Positions 11,251-25,205 are shown, counted from the first letter of the stretch. The stretch is DNA of 64,000 nucleotides from Malacoraja senta (GCA_038087875.1 CM075995.1:3474001-3538000), one strand, 5' to 3'. Notes: generated by a model from the sequence alone, not told the origin. Numbers and translations are program-made.

Positions 11251-14200
11251 TACCTTTCCCCTCTCAACTTAAACCAATGTCCTCTGTTGCTTGATTCCCC
11301 TACTGTGGGCATTCACCCTATCTATCCCCACTCATGATCTTACGCAGCTCTATAACATCACCCTTCAGCCTCCTGCGCTCCAAGGAATAAAGTCCTAGCC
11401 TGCCCCCAATCCCCGCTTCACACTAGTTCCATGTTATCCCATTTTCTCATCCACTCCCTACACATGAAGGGTGATTTACAGAGGCCAATTCACTTACAAA
11501 CCCACAAGTCTCTTGAATGTGGATGGAAAATAGCAAGGGGAACACATACAGCACCCGAGGTCAGGATCGAACCCTGGTCTCTGGCGCTGTGAGGCAGCAG
11601 CTCTATCAGCCACCCCACTGTGTCACCCTTGATGGTATGAAAACTTCTATCAAGATAAAATATCAAGAAACATCAGTGAACATAAACAGTCAAAAAGGTG
11701 CTGGAGTAACTCAGCAGGTCAGGCAGCATCTCTGTCTGTAGGTTTTTATAGTTTAGATTAGAGATATAGCGCGGAAACAGGTCCTCACCGATCAGCGATC
11801 CCCCCACATTAACACTATCCTACACACACTAGGGACAATTTACACTTGCTGTACACCAAGCCAATTAACCAACAAACTTGTACGTCTTTGGAGTGTGGGA
11901 GGAAACCGAAGATCTTGAGGGAAAACCCACACAGGTCACGGGGTGAACGTGCAAACTCCATATAGACAGCACCCGTAGTCGAGATCTAACCCGGGTCTCA
12001 GGCGCTGTAAGCGCAGTAAGGCAGGAACTCTATCGCTGCGCCACCGTGCCGCCCACAATGTAGATCATGAATAGGTGATGTTTCCAGTCGGGAATTTTCC
12101 TCAGACCCTTCCTTTCCCGATTCGAAGAGTTCTCCAGATATACTGCCTTGCTCTCTGTTACTCCAGCACTTTGCACCTTGTTTTGTAAATGTGCATCTGC
12201 AGTTCCTTTTTTGTCTCCCGTCAATCTGATGATTATATTTTTGATTATATCAAAATTGAATTTCTTGTTTTTGTTGTTTCTCTCATAACTCCTTTCATTC
12301 CAATAACTTGCTCCAATCTCCGCATTGATTGCCTCTTCATTGTGTGTGTAGGCTTTCCTTTGTATGCATTTTGTAGGTATTATTTGTTTACGAGGAATCC
12401 TTGCCTTAAGCCAAGGAAAGATATACAAAATAATGGCAGCGTAACCATGCACAGAGAGAGACTACATTCATAGGAGCAACAGGAAGGTCTTAAGGTCATA
12501 AGGTTAGAAGGTCATAAGGTCCAGAGTGATAGGAGTAGAATATAGACCAATCGCAGGCAGGTGGGACTAGTTTAACTGGGACATGTTGGCCAGTGTGGGC
12601 AAGTTGGGCCAAAGGGCCTGATTCCACACTGTATCACTCTATGACTCAATGACTCTATGAATTAGGCCATTCGGCCTATCAAGTCTACTTCACCATTCAA
12701 TCATGGCTGATCTATCTCTCCCTCCAAACCCCATTCTCCTGCCTTCTCCCCATAGCCTCTGACACCCATACTAATCAAGAATCTATCTATTTCTGCCTTA
12801 AAAATATACACTGACTTGGCCTCCACAGCCTTCTGCGGCAAAGAATTCCACAGAATGTCTAAAGAATTTTCTCCTCATCTCCTTCCTAAAAGACCGTCCT
12901 TTAATTCTGAAGCTATGCCCTCTAGTCCTAGACTCTCCCACTAGTGGAAACATCCTCTCCACATCCACTCTATCCAAGCCTTTCACAGGTCATGGTGGCA
13001 CAGCGGTAGAGCTGCTGCATTACAGCAAATACAGTGGCAGAGACCCGGGTTCGATCCCGACTACGGGTGCTGAATGTACGGAGTTTGTACGTTCTCCCCG
13101 TGACCTCCGAGATTTTCTCCGAGATCTTCAATTACCCCCCACACTCCAAAGACGTACAGGTTTGTAGGCTAATTGGCTTGGTAAATGTAAAAATTGTCCC
13201 TAGCGGGTGTTAATGTGCGGGGATCGCTGGTTGGCGCGGACCCAGTGACCCGTTTTGTTTCATGTCTAAGATAGACACAATATGCTAGAGTAACTCAGCA
13301 GGTCAGGCAGCATCTCTGGATGAAAGGCACAGGTGATAGAGTCATAGAGTGATACAGTGTGGAACCAGGCCCTTCAGCCCAACTTGCCCACACCGAACAA
13401 CATGTTCCAGCAGCACTAGTCACACCTGCCTGCGTTGGTCCATATCCCCAAACGTCCTATCCCCCAAACGTCATATCCACTGTATCTCTAAACTTTATGT
13501 TTCAATGTGGTCCCCCCTCATTCTTCTAAACTTCAGCGAGTACAGGCCCAGTGTCGACAAACGCTCATCATAGGTTAACTTACTCATTCCTGGGATCATT
13601 TTTATAAACCTCTTCTGGACCCTCTCCAGAGCCAGCACATCCTTCCTCAGATATGGTGCCCAAAATTGCTCACAATATTCCAAATGCGGCCTTACCAGCG
13701 CCTTATAGAGCCTCAGCATTAAACCAGGCTTTGATCACAGGAGCCACAATCAACCTTAGATCAGTCTAGCCAGCAAGAAGGATACGAGGGTCCCACTGTC
13801 TGAGTTTTCGAGTGAGTTGTATTACATTCTATTGAATATGATCCATTACATTCTATTGAATAAGTTTATAATAACAGAACTACTCACTATTTTATCTGTT
13901 GGGTTATTTGCCAAGTACCCTATTTCTTTAAGCAACCAATCTACTTCCTCTTCACTCATAAGACCAGCTGGAATTTTGGAGCCATGTTTGGCCTGAGGGA
14001 AGGATTCGAGTGTATGCATAAGTGTAAGCTTTGTCCAAATACATGTCTCAACATCATGTTTGCAATTTTAACAGTCACGGAAGGCAGAATTAGGAGTTAA
14101 AACTTCGAGGGGGAAGGTGCTTAGTTTGCCTCCAATTTCGAATCTATAGAACTGACCAGACATGAAACTAGGTGTAGAAAGGAACTGCCGATGTTTGTTT

Positions 14201-14857
14201 ACACTGAAGTTAGACACAAAATGCTGGAGTAACTCAGCGGGCAGGCAACATCTCTGGTGACATAATTTACATGGATAGGACGTTTGGGGGATATGGACCA
14301 ACGCAGGCAGGTGTGACTAGTGCTGCTGGAACATGTTGTTCGGTGTGGGCAAGTTGGGCTGAAGGGCCTGGTTCCACACTGTATCACTCTATGACTCTAT
14401 CACCTGTGCCTTTCATCCAGAGATGCTGCCTGACCTGCTGAGTTACTCTAGCATATTGTGTCTATCTTAGACACGAAACAAAACGGGTCTCCACTACCTT
14501 GCAATGCCAGAGAAGGGCAGCACGGTGGCGCAGCGGTAGAGTTGCTTCCTTACAGCGCCAGAGACCCAGGTTCGATCCTGAGTTTGTACGTTCGCCCCGT
14601 GACTGCGTGGGGTTTCTCCGGGATATCGTGTTTCCTCCCACACTCCGAAGACGTACAGGTTTGTACAGACAGGGCCACAGAAGATAGACACTAAATGCTG
14701 GAGAAACTCAGCGGGACAGGCAGCATCTCTGGAGAGAAGGAATGGGTGACAGAGAGTCAGGGAGAGGGAGATGCAGAGATATGGAAGGGTAAGGTGTGAA
14801 AACGACAGAACAATGTTGGCGAAGTTTAAGAAAAATGCAGAATGCATTATTGTTAGC

Positions 14858-15057
14858 NNNNNNNNNNNNNNNNNNNNNNNNNNNNNNNNNNNNNNNNNNN
14901 NNNNNNNNNNNNNNNNNNNNNNNNNNNNNNNNNNNNNNNNNNNNNNNNNNNNNNNNNNNNNNNNNNNNNNNNNNNNNNNNNNNNNNNNNNNNNNNNNNNN
15001 NNNNNNNNNNNNNNNNNNNNNNNNNNNNNNNNNNNNNNNNNNNNNNNNNNNNNNNNN
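14858..15057. other. Assembly gap (200 N)
   Basis: Run of N in the sequence. Confidence 1.
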
Positions 15058-15668
15058 TGGGTAAACTCGCATCGTGGGACAGGGGCTTAAGGTTGTCAAA
15101 GGTTGTGGGGAGAAGGCGGGAGAATGGGGTTGAAAGGGAAGGATAGATCAGGCAAGATTGAATGGTGCAGTAAACTCGATGGGCCGATTAGCCTAATTCT
15201 GCTCCAATTATTTATGACGTATGAGACAGCTTCAAGGTGAAGGGGTGAGGTTTAAAGGAGACGTGTGGGACAACTTTTTTTACACAGATAGTGTTGGGTG
15301 CCAGAATCATGCTGCCAGGGGTGGTGGTGGAAGCAGATGCAACTGTGGTGTTTATGCTTTATATGTTGCTATCGTATGGCTATGCAGGGAATGGAGGGAT
15401 TGGGATCACAAGTTGGCAGATGAGATTAGTTTATCTTGGCATTATGCTAAGCACAGCTATTTGGGGCTGAAGGGCCAGTTCCCATGCTGTACTATTCTAT
15501 GTTCCATGTTGTGTGAACAAAGCCTTAATTTACCTTCATTATCCCATCCCTTTGCCCTGTCCAGTCTTTTCTTTACTTCCATCTCTTCCAACATCCTTGA
15601 TCAAATGTAAAAAAAGAATCGAAGAGTTAAATTATGTGCCACCATTTGTACAAAGCTGGTTTAAGTTT

Positions 15669-16095
15669 ACTTCTCCATGGATTGTCACCTTGTCGTGGTG
15701 GAGAAGCTCGTGTGGACCTGAGATCCTGAGAGTGACGCTGTCTGGAGCTATGCTCCTGGTAGGGCCACCCATGGCGGTAACGTCGAGGGGGAGGTCTGTG
15801 ACAAAGAGCAATCCGACCAAGACCTCAACGGTGGAACAGGCTGAGGACGATGGCTGACCTTAGTGGAGCGTCACAACGGCTGGGAAGGCGGATGAAGGCT
15901 GCAGCAGAAAAGGGTCCCAGGTCGTCTTGGACTCCATGCCACTGGATCCTGACCCATATCTGTCAAGGACCGTGGGGAAGCTGTCTGTGCACCAGTCTCC
16001 CTACATTAAACGAAGTCACGCACAGGCGTCCTCCATATAGGGAATAACACCCTGGAGACACCCATGGTCAGCCATGACTGAAGGAGGCCTAAGAA
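15669..16095 (+). mobile_element. RTE (Expander/Rex3-like) 5'UTR-derived non-autonomous retroposon (family D)
   Basis: 11-bp TSD GGTTTAAGTTT (15658-15668, 16096-16106). Sequence resembles RTE 5'UTRs (CACCTTGTCGTGGTGGAG...CCTGGTAGGG). Second copy at 46508. Confidence 0.8.
15670..15814 (+). ncRNA. HDV-like ribozyme with extended P4
   Basis: P1 CTTCTCC/GGAGAAG, P2 GGATTG(TC)/(GA)gCAATCC, P3 ACC/GGT, L3 TTGTCGT, long P4 (GGACCT...AGGTCT), J4/2 ACAAA. Position 1 is C, not G. Confidence 0.65.
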
Positions 16096-16682
16096 GGTTT
16101 AAGTTTGTTATCAAACATCAAGATGTCTTTGGAGACACCAGGAACTGCAGTTGCTGGAATTCTGTGTGCAACACAAAGGGCTGGAGGAACTCCATGGGTC
16201 AGGCAGCATCTCTGGAAGGAATGGACAATCAACATTACGAAATGTCACCTGTCCATCCCTTCAGAGATGCCACCTGATCCCCTGAGTTCCTCCAGCACTT
16301 TGTCATTCAATGAAGATGTCTTTCTCTGCTTGTGTAGGAAGGAACTGCAGGAGAATAGGAGATGTTTCGGGTCGAGACGTCCCGAGTCGAGAATTCCTTT
16401 TCTCCAGAGATGCTGCCTGACCCGCTGAGTTACTGCAGTATTTTGTGTCTGCCTTTCTCTGCCTGGCAGTTCTCCTGTGTAGACATTATTCACGGCAGTT
16501 TAAGGGACAGCTTTATGAAGTACGGCCTTGGCAGTGTTGACTATCGGTGGAAAACACTGATGCACTTTGATCTTAGGAATAAAGTTTTATCCCACCTGAA
16601 ACCTCTAAGATGCAGGATTACATCAGTGTCACACAGTTCATGCAATTGCTCAGAACTAAAACAACCTCCAATTTCATAAGCT

Positions 16683-17647
16683 TGTAGGGGTTCTGGTTCC
16701 CTTTACTCAACTTCGGGCCCAACTGCCTGAAAAAGGGGTTCCCCTAGGTTCTAGACCTCGGAATTATGGTGGGATATGATAAAAGGTTGACTTGACCAGA
16801 GCGTGCTGATGAGAGAAAACAGAAACCAAGACGGACTCAAAGCAAGTCTAAAATTTACAGGCTTTATTAAACAAATGAGCGATCGAATCTCACCAACACT
16901 ACATAATACGTGACTAAAAGTTATCCTTTAAACTAAGACTATGGGAGAAAATTATCGGGCACGTCGTAAAACTTATTTTACACAATTTTACTTGCAAGTA
17001 CAGTACACCCCCTTTCCCCTTCTTCTCTCAACCTTTATCCTATTTCCGGGAACTTCACCAGGTCGTCTGGGGTACTTACAGCTAGGTTGATGCAGGCTCA
17101 CGAGCCGTCCAGCAGAGCAGAAAGAGAGCGAGTTCTGGCTTGACTCCTGCTTTTTATACCTGAGTTTCTCCCTTGAAACCCCCCCCCCCCCCAGGTGGTC
17201 CTCTGGACAAAAGGGTCTTTTGATGATTCCCAGTTTCGATCTGGTATGAGCAATAGGCTTCCAATGATAAGGGGTTTGCTGATGTCATGATCCCTCAGCC
17301 TGATCGTTATCCCATCGTCTGGATGGGCTCCTGTTGTCCTGACGGATGAGCCATTCACGATGGTGATAGAGGTTGCTGGGCTGTTTTACCCCCGTCTGCT
17401 GGGGGTAAAACAGTCTTTCCTTCCTTTGTGTATTCCAAGATAATGTCATTATCTCCGTCTCAGCCTTTCCTGCTCACACCATTAGCATAGTGGTGTAATG
17501 CCCAGGCAAACAGACAGGTTCGAAACTGGTTCTTCCTTTGTGGATTGGGGTTTTTTCCATTGCAGTCAGCATGTCTGTTTTAAAAATGTCCATGGTCCTC
17601 ATCCCCGAGTTCTTCCATAATCTGAGGATTTTCCACAACAACTTACA
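16683..17647 (-). mobile_element. Solo LTR (ERV- or Gypsy-type)
   Basis: TGTA...TACA termini. 4-bp TSD AGCT (16679-16682, 17648-17651). Minus-strand TATAAAAA (~17151-17158) upstream of AATAAA (~16863-16868). Confidence 0.75.
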
Positions 17648-20600
17648 AGCTCAAGCATCTACAGACAGCCCAATTTTAATTTCGATTTCTCAGTATACAA
17701 GGCCAAACGAATTTGTACAACGCCATATTTAATAAAGGATACTTTACTTACTTACTTTACTTTATATTTGTGGAGCTGGCCTGCTTCACAATGCTCTGCT
17801 TTAGTGAATGAAGTTGTTCAATGTGGTTTGACACTAATAGTCATCAGATGATAGGAAGAAGCGTGTGACCCAGTAACTCCTCATGGCATGAATAAATGAG
17901 TAATGCAGAATGCCAAGAAAAAATAATTTAATGTCATGTCTTGCACCTTGAGAAAGATCATTTTACAATACAAAGTGCTGGAGGAACTCAGCGGGTCTGC
18001 ATCAATGAAGGGAAGGGACAGATGATATTTCATGTCGGAACCCTGTTTTCGACTCACATGTTCACAAGTTCATGTTATAGGAGTAGAATTAGGCCATTCG
18101 GCCCATAGAGTCTACTCTGCCATTCAATCATGGCTGATCTCTGCCTCCTAATCCCATTGTCCTGCCTTCTCCCCATAACCTCTAAATCTGTTCTAATCAA
18201 GAATTTGTCTACCTCTGACTCATTCAGCCTGAAACAATGCTTGTCCATTCTCCTCCAGCAGCGGCCTGACACGCTGAGATCCTCCGGCACTTTGTGTTTT
18301 GCGCACGTTTCCAGCACCTGCATTTTCTTGTGTCATCTGCTACATAAAATACATGATTTGATTCTGACATGGAAAATATCAGAACTCAATTACTGTGGAG
18401 AATCATTGATTTCTTTAGAGAATGGTGAATCTGTGGAATTTGCCACTGAAGGCTGTGGTGGCCAAGTCAATGGATATGTTTAAGGCAGAGATAGATAGAT
18501 TCTTGATTAGTATGGGTGTCAGGGGTTATGGGGCGAAGGCAGGAGAATGGGGTTAGGAGGGAGAGATAGATCAGCCATGTGTAGGAAGGAACTGCAGATG
18601 CTGGTTTAAACCGAAGATAAATGCAAAATGCTGGAGTGTCTCAGCGGGACAGGCAGCATCTCTGGAGAGAAGGAATGGGTGACGTTTCGGGTCCAGATGT
18701 TTGGGGGAGTCCAGCACCAGGGGCCACTGTTTAAGAATAAGGAGTAAGGCATTTAGAACGGAGATGAGGAAACACTTTTTCACTCAGAGAGTTGTGAGTC
18801 TGTGGAATTCTCTGCCTCTGGAGGCCGGTTCTCTGGACACTTTCAAGGGAGAGCTAGATAGGGATCTTAAAGATAGGGGAATCAGAGGATATGGGGAGAA
18901 GGCAGGAACGGGGTACTGATTGGGGATGATCAGCCATGATCACATTTAATGGCGGTGCTGGCTCGAAGGGCCGAATGGCCTACTCCTGCACCTATTGTCT
19001 ATTGTCTGTTGTCAGACTCTTCCTCGGACTCCAGAGATGCTGCCTGTACCGCTGAGTTACTCCAGCATTTTGTATCTATGATAGATCAGCTGAGTAGATA
19101 TGATGGGCCGAATGGCCTAATTCTGCTCCTATCACTTATGAGCTTATGATCTCGGAGTAATTCATCAGCTCAGAAAGCCTTACTTTCTCTGCCAAAAGTA
19201 TCAAATTTGTTTTGAGGGTTTTTCTACACTAAAAGGATGCTTGAAGAATATGTCACCACCCTACAACATCGAGAGGCAGGATAAAAGGAAATGTTGGCAC
19301 ATGAAACTAGTCTTTACATCACGCAGCCTAGACTTTGTTTACCAATTGCCTGTGTTTAAAAAACAGATGTTCTTCCATGGGCATACAAACAGGAACCTGC
19401 ATTGAGCACCAGTCTGAACTTGAACACGGAAACACAAGGACATGCTTACAATTGAAGGGACTTGACCCGAAACGTCTACCTACAATTGACACATTAGCTT
19501 TGGCTTCATAAGGTCATAAGTCATAAGTTATAGGAGTAGAATTAGGCCATTCGGCCCATCCTTCTCCTCTCCTTTCTCCCTTCTCATCTCCTTTCCAAAG
19601 GTACTCAAAAGAAACGTCACCCATCCAGAGATGCTGCATGACCCGCTGAGTTACTCCAGTACTTTGTGTCTATCTTCACTACATTCCAGCATCCGCAGTT
19701 CCTCTCTACACATGTAACATAAGGCCTTTCTGGCATACACTTCTCCCATCACTTGGTCCTGAGCCTTAACTGGTGTTGCTCTTAAGGATTCTCATACGGT
19801 CATAAGTGATAGGAGTAGAATTAGGCCATTCTACTCCGCCATTCAATCATGGCTGATCTATCTCTCCCTCCTAACCCCATTCTCCAGCCTTCTCCCCATA
19901 ACCTCTGACACCTGCACTAATCAAGAATCTATTTATCTCTGCCTTAAACATATCCGCTGACTTGGTCTCCACAGCCTTCTGTGGCAAAGAATTCCACAGA
20001 TTCACCACCCTCTGACTAAAGAAATTTCTCCTCATTTCCTTCCTAACAGGCGTCCTTTAATTCTGAGGCTACGGCCTCTAGTCCTAGACTCTCTCACTAG
20101 TGGAAACATCTTCTCCACATCCACTCTATCCAAGCCTTTCATTATTCTGTATGTTTCAATGAGGTCCCCCCACTTTGTTCTAAACTCCAGCGAGTGCAGG
20201 CGAGTAAAAACGATCCTAACCATCTCTTCAGTTATAACCTTCCCTGCTCCTTCTCCATGCACCATGAACCATCCACACCCCCTCCCACTCCAATCCAACC
20301 CGGGCCCCAAGTGACTGTTCAAACTGATTTTAACCATGTATGGTACGTATAACTGACCTGTTTGGATAGCATGCAAAACAAACAGATCAGATATACCTCG
20401 GTACATTGAGATTGAGATAAGTTTCTTCTAAACTCCAGCGAATACAGGCCCAGTGCCGACAAACGCTCATTATAGGTTAACCTACTTGTTCCTGGGATCA
20501 TTCTTGTAAACCTCCTCTGGACTCTCTCCAGAGCCAGCACATTCTTCCTCAGATAGGGTGCCCAAAATTGCTCACTATATTCCAAATGTGGCCTGACAAG

Positions 20601-21283
20601 CGCCTTATAGAGCCTCAGAGTTACATCCCTGTTTTTGTATACAAGTCCTCATGAAATAATTGCTAGCCCGGAGTTTGCTTCAGTCACTCACTGTTAATTT
20701 TGATGAAGCAAATATTAAGAATGAACTTAGTTTAGTTTAGTTTAGTTTAGAAATACAGTGCAGAAACAGGCTCTTCGGCCCACCGATAGGGATAAACTGG
20801 TGTGGGATTGGGGTGGGGATGTAAATTGAAACCAGGGTATGTGGGGTGGGGGGAGGGGGAATAAATCGATAGGTGGGGAGGGGGGGGGGAGGTGTTAGGG
20901 CTGAAGGAAGGAAAGGCTGAGGTCAGATTTAGACTTTAGAGATACAGAAAGAGGCCCTTTAGCCCACCGAGACTGCGTCGTCCAATGATCCCCGCAAGCT
21001 AGCAGTATCCTACACAGACTAGGGACAATTTTAGAATTTTACCAATTAACCCACAAACCTGTACATCTTTAGAGTGTGGGCGGAAACCATACCTCCTAGA
21101 GAAAACACACACAGGTCATGCGGAGAATGTACAAACACCATACAGACAGCACCCATAGTCAGGATCGATCCTGGGTCTCTGGCGCTGTGAGGCATCAACT
21201 CTACCGCTGCACCACCGTGCCGCTCTCTAAACGGACCTGATGAAGGATCAAGAAAAGGTGATCAGAGGTGGATGAGGTGTGGA

Positions 21284-21782
21284 TAGGGTTGCCAACTGTC
21301 CCGTATTAGCCGGGACATCCCGCATATTGGGCTAAATTGGTTTGTCCCTATACGATACCGCCCTTGTCCCGTATTTAACTGCTACTACTCGGGTCGAGGG
21401 GACTAACGGTTGGAGCGCCGCGTCCGGCCCTGCCTCACCCTCCCGACGTAGTGCAGCCCATGGAGTGCAGCAGCAGCAGCGCCTCGCCCGTTGCCCCGTC
21501 GGTCGGCAGCCCGGTCAGCTGTCCGACCTTCGGACCTTCGCTTACCGCCAAAACCACCACCGCTCCTTCTCACGGTCAATCATCGGTTCATGAGTCGGAT
21601 GGGGTGCTGGGCCAAAACTCCTCAGCTGGCCCGCCGGCTGAGCTTTGTGTGCAGTCCAACACCTGGGCCAACTCATCATTCACCCAGCCATGGCCGAGAC
21701 AGTCAACGAATTGCCGTCGGGAATTTGTTCCTTATTTTGACCTTCTGTCCCTTATTTGGGAGTGAGAAAGTTGGCAACCCTA
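21284..21782. mobile_element. Non-autonomous hAT-like DNA transposon (MITE)
   Basis: 14-bp TIR TAGGGTTGCCAACT...AGTTGGCAACCCTA. 8-bp TSD GGTGTGGA/AGTGTGGA (7 of 8 match). GC-rich non-coding core. Confidence 0.85.
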
Positions 21783-22349
21783 AGTGTGGAGAAGGATGGG
21801 GTCACTTTGGTGGAAGATCCAAGCCTGAAGAAGGTTAGGAAAGGGGGGAATACTCAAGATTGCTCTTTTGATTAGTTTAGTTTATTATTGTCACGTGTAC
21901 CAAGGTACACTGAAAAGCTTGTGTTTGCGTGCTATCCAGTCATTGAAAGGACTGGACATGAATACAATCCAGCCACCCGCAGTGTACAGGTAAAGGAAAA
22001 AGGGTACAACATAGTGCAAATGCTGCGGGTGGCTACTTGGTGTTCAGTTCACACGATCAACCTCTGTCCAAATAGAGCAACTTCTACTTAAGGGGTCCAG
22101 AAACAGGCACAGAAAAGACAAAAGGAGGAAATAAAAATTAAACATCATGGAAATTAAATGACAGGTTAATTCTTCAGTCCCAGGCAATATTGCAACAACC
22201 TGGCCCCAATATCCCATTACAGATTTAAATATTTTATCTGACGACACCCATGGTATTTTAAATTGAAAGTTGCCATTTAGTTAAAGGCAAAATAATTCCG
22301 AACTCTGATGGCTTCTATAATAATTGGCTGCAATGTTTATTTTAGATTT

Positions 22350-25205
22350 AGAAACATAGGAACATAGAAAATAGGTGCAGGAGTAGGCCATTCGGCCCTT
22401 CGAGCCTGCACCGCCATTCAATATTATCATGGCTGATCATCCAACTCAGTATCCTGTACCTGCTTTCTCTCCATACCCCATGATCCCTTTAGCCACAAGG
22501 GCCACATCTAACTCCCTCTTAAATAAAGCCAATGAACTGGCCTCAACTACATTCTGTGGCAGAGAATTCCAGAGATTAACCACTTTCTGTGTAAAAAATG
22601 TTTTTCTCATCTCAGTCCAAAAAGATTTCCCCTTTATCCTTAAACTGTGACCCCTTGTTCTGGACTTCCCCAACACCGGGAACAATCTTCCTGCATCGAG
22701 CCTGTCCAACCCCTTAAGAATTTTGTAAGTTTCTATAAGATCCCCCTTCAATTTTCTAAATTCTAGCGAGTACATATAACCATATAAACCATATAACAAT
22801 TACAGCACGGAAACAGGCCATCTCGACCCTTCTAGTCCATGCCGAACACGTATTCTCCCCTAGTCCCATATACCTGTGCTCAGACCATAACCCTCCATTC
22901 CTTTCCCGTCCATATAACTATCCAATTTATTTTTAAATGATAAAAACGAACCTGCCTCCACCACCTTCACTGGAAGCTCATTCCACACAGCCACCACTCT
23001 CTGAGTAAAGAAGTTCCCCCTCATGTTACTCCTAAACTTCTGTCCCTTAATTCTCAAGTCATGTCCCCTTGTTTGAATCTTCCCTACTCTTAGTGGGAAA
23101 AGCTTATCCACGTCAACTCTGTCTATCCCTCGCATCATTTTAAAGACCTCTATCAAGTCCCCCCTTAACCTTCTGCGCTCCAAAGAATAAAGCCCTAACT
23201 TGTTCAACCTTTCTCTGTAACTTAGTTGCTGAAACCCAGGCAACATTCTAGTAAATCTCCTCTGTACTCTCTCTATTTTGTTGACATCCTTCCTATAATT
23301 AGGCGACCAAAATTGTACACCATACTCCAGAATTGGCCTCACCAATGCCTTGTACAATTTTAACATTACATCCCAACTTCTATACTCAATGCTCTGATTT
23401 ATAAAAGCCAGCACACTAAAAGCTTTCTTTACCACCCTATCTACATGAGATTCCACTTTCAGGGAACTGTGCACAGTTATTCCAAGATCCCTCTGTTCAC
23501 CTGCATTCTTCAATTCCCTACCATTTACCATGTACGTCCTATTTTGATTTGTCCTGCCAAGATGTAGCACCTCACACTTATCAGCATTAAACTCCATCTG
23601 CCATCTTTCAGCCCACTCTTCCAAACGGCATAAATCTCTCTGTAGACTTTGAAAATCTACTTCATTATCCACAGCCCCACCTATCTTAGTATCATCTGCA
23701 TTCTTACTAATCCAATTTACCACACCATCATCCAGTTCATTGATGTACATGACAAACAACAGTGGACCCAACACAGATCCCTGTGGCACCCCACTAGTCA
23801 TTGGCCTCCAACCTGACAAACAACCATCCACCATTACTCTCTGGCATCTCCCATTCAGCCACTGTTGAATCCATCTTGCTACTCCACCATTAATACCCAA
23901 CCATTGAACCTTCTTAACCAACCTTCCGTGAGGAACTTTGTCAAAGGCCTTACTGAAGTCCATATATACAACATCCATGGCTTTACCCTCATCAATTTCC
24001 CGAGTAACCTCTTCAAAAAATTCAAGAAGATTAGTCAAACATGACCTTCCAGGCACAAATCCATGTTGACTGTTCCTAATCAGCCCCTGTTTATCCTTTC
24101 CATTAATTTGCCCACCACTGACGTCAAACTAACAGGTCTATAATTGCTAGGTTTACTCTTAGACCCCTTTCTAAACAATGGAACAACATGCGCAGTACGC
24201 CAATCCTCCGGCACTATTGCCGTTTCCAATGACATTTGAAATATTTCTGTCATAGCCCCTGCTATTTATACACTAACTTCCCTCAATGTCCTAGGGAATA
24301 TCCTGTCTGGACCTGGAGACTTATCCACTTTTATATTTCTCAAAAGTGTCAGTACTTCCTCTTCTTTGAATCTCATAGTTTCCATAGCTACTCTACTTGT
24401 TTCCCTTACCTCACATAATTCAATATCCTTCTCCTTGGTGAATACCGAAGAAAAGAAATTGTTCAATATCTCCCCCATCTCTTTTGGCTCTGCAGAGTAC
24501 AAGCCGAGTCTATCCAGTCTTTCTTCATATGAAAGTCCTGACATCCCAGGAATCAGTCTGGTGAACCTTCTCTGTACTCACTCTATGGCAAGAATGTCCT
24601 TCCTCAGATTAGGAGACCAAAACTGTACGCAATACTCCAGGTGTGGTCTCACCAAGGCCCTGTACAACTGCAGTAGAACCTCCCTGCTCCTATACTCAAA
24701 TCCTTTTGCTATGAATGCTAACATACCATTCGCTTTCTTCACTGCCTGCTGCACCTGCATGCCTACTTTCAATGACTGGTGTACCATGACACCCAGGTCT
24801 CGTTGCATCTCCCCTTTTCCTAATTGGTCACCATTCAGGTAATAGTCTACTTTCCTGTTTTTGCCACCAAAGTGGATAACCTCACATGTATTCACATTAT
24901 ACTGCATCTGCCATGCATTTGCCCACTCCCCCAGCCTATTCAAGTCATCTTGCAGCCTCCTAGCACCCTCCTCACAGCTAACACTGCCCCCCAGCTTCGT
25001 GTCATCTGCAAACTTGGAGATGTTGCATTCAATTCCCTCGTCCAAATCATTAATATATATTGTAAATAGCTGGGGTCCCAGCACTGAGCCTTGCGGTACC
25101 CCACTAGTCACTGCCTGCCATTCTGAAAAGGACCCGTTAACGCCTACTCTTTGCTTCCTGTCTGCCAGCCAGTTCTCTATCCACATCAATACTGAACCCC
25201 CAATA
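22350..25205 (-). mobile_element. Host CR1 LINE (interrupted by the 22775-24494 copy)
   Basis: RT motifs GVPQGSVLGP and FADD in ORF 24578-25216. Continues through 22446-22774 into a 3'UTR ending in TATGTTTC-type repeats. Confidence 0.9.
22775..24494 (-). mobile_element. Young 5'-truncated CR1 LINE nested in another CR1
   Basis: 398-aa open RT region (22860-24056; YMDFSKAFDKV, GVPQGSVLGP, NADD in place of Y/FADD). TSD GAGTACA (22768-22774, 24495-24501). TATATGGTT-type repeat tail. Confidence 0.93.

Noticed and set aside
14494..15146. ORFs spanning the N run
   Set aside because: Artefacts of the assembly gap.
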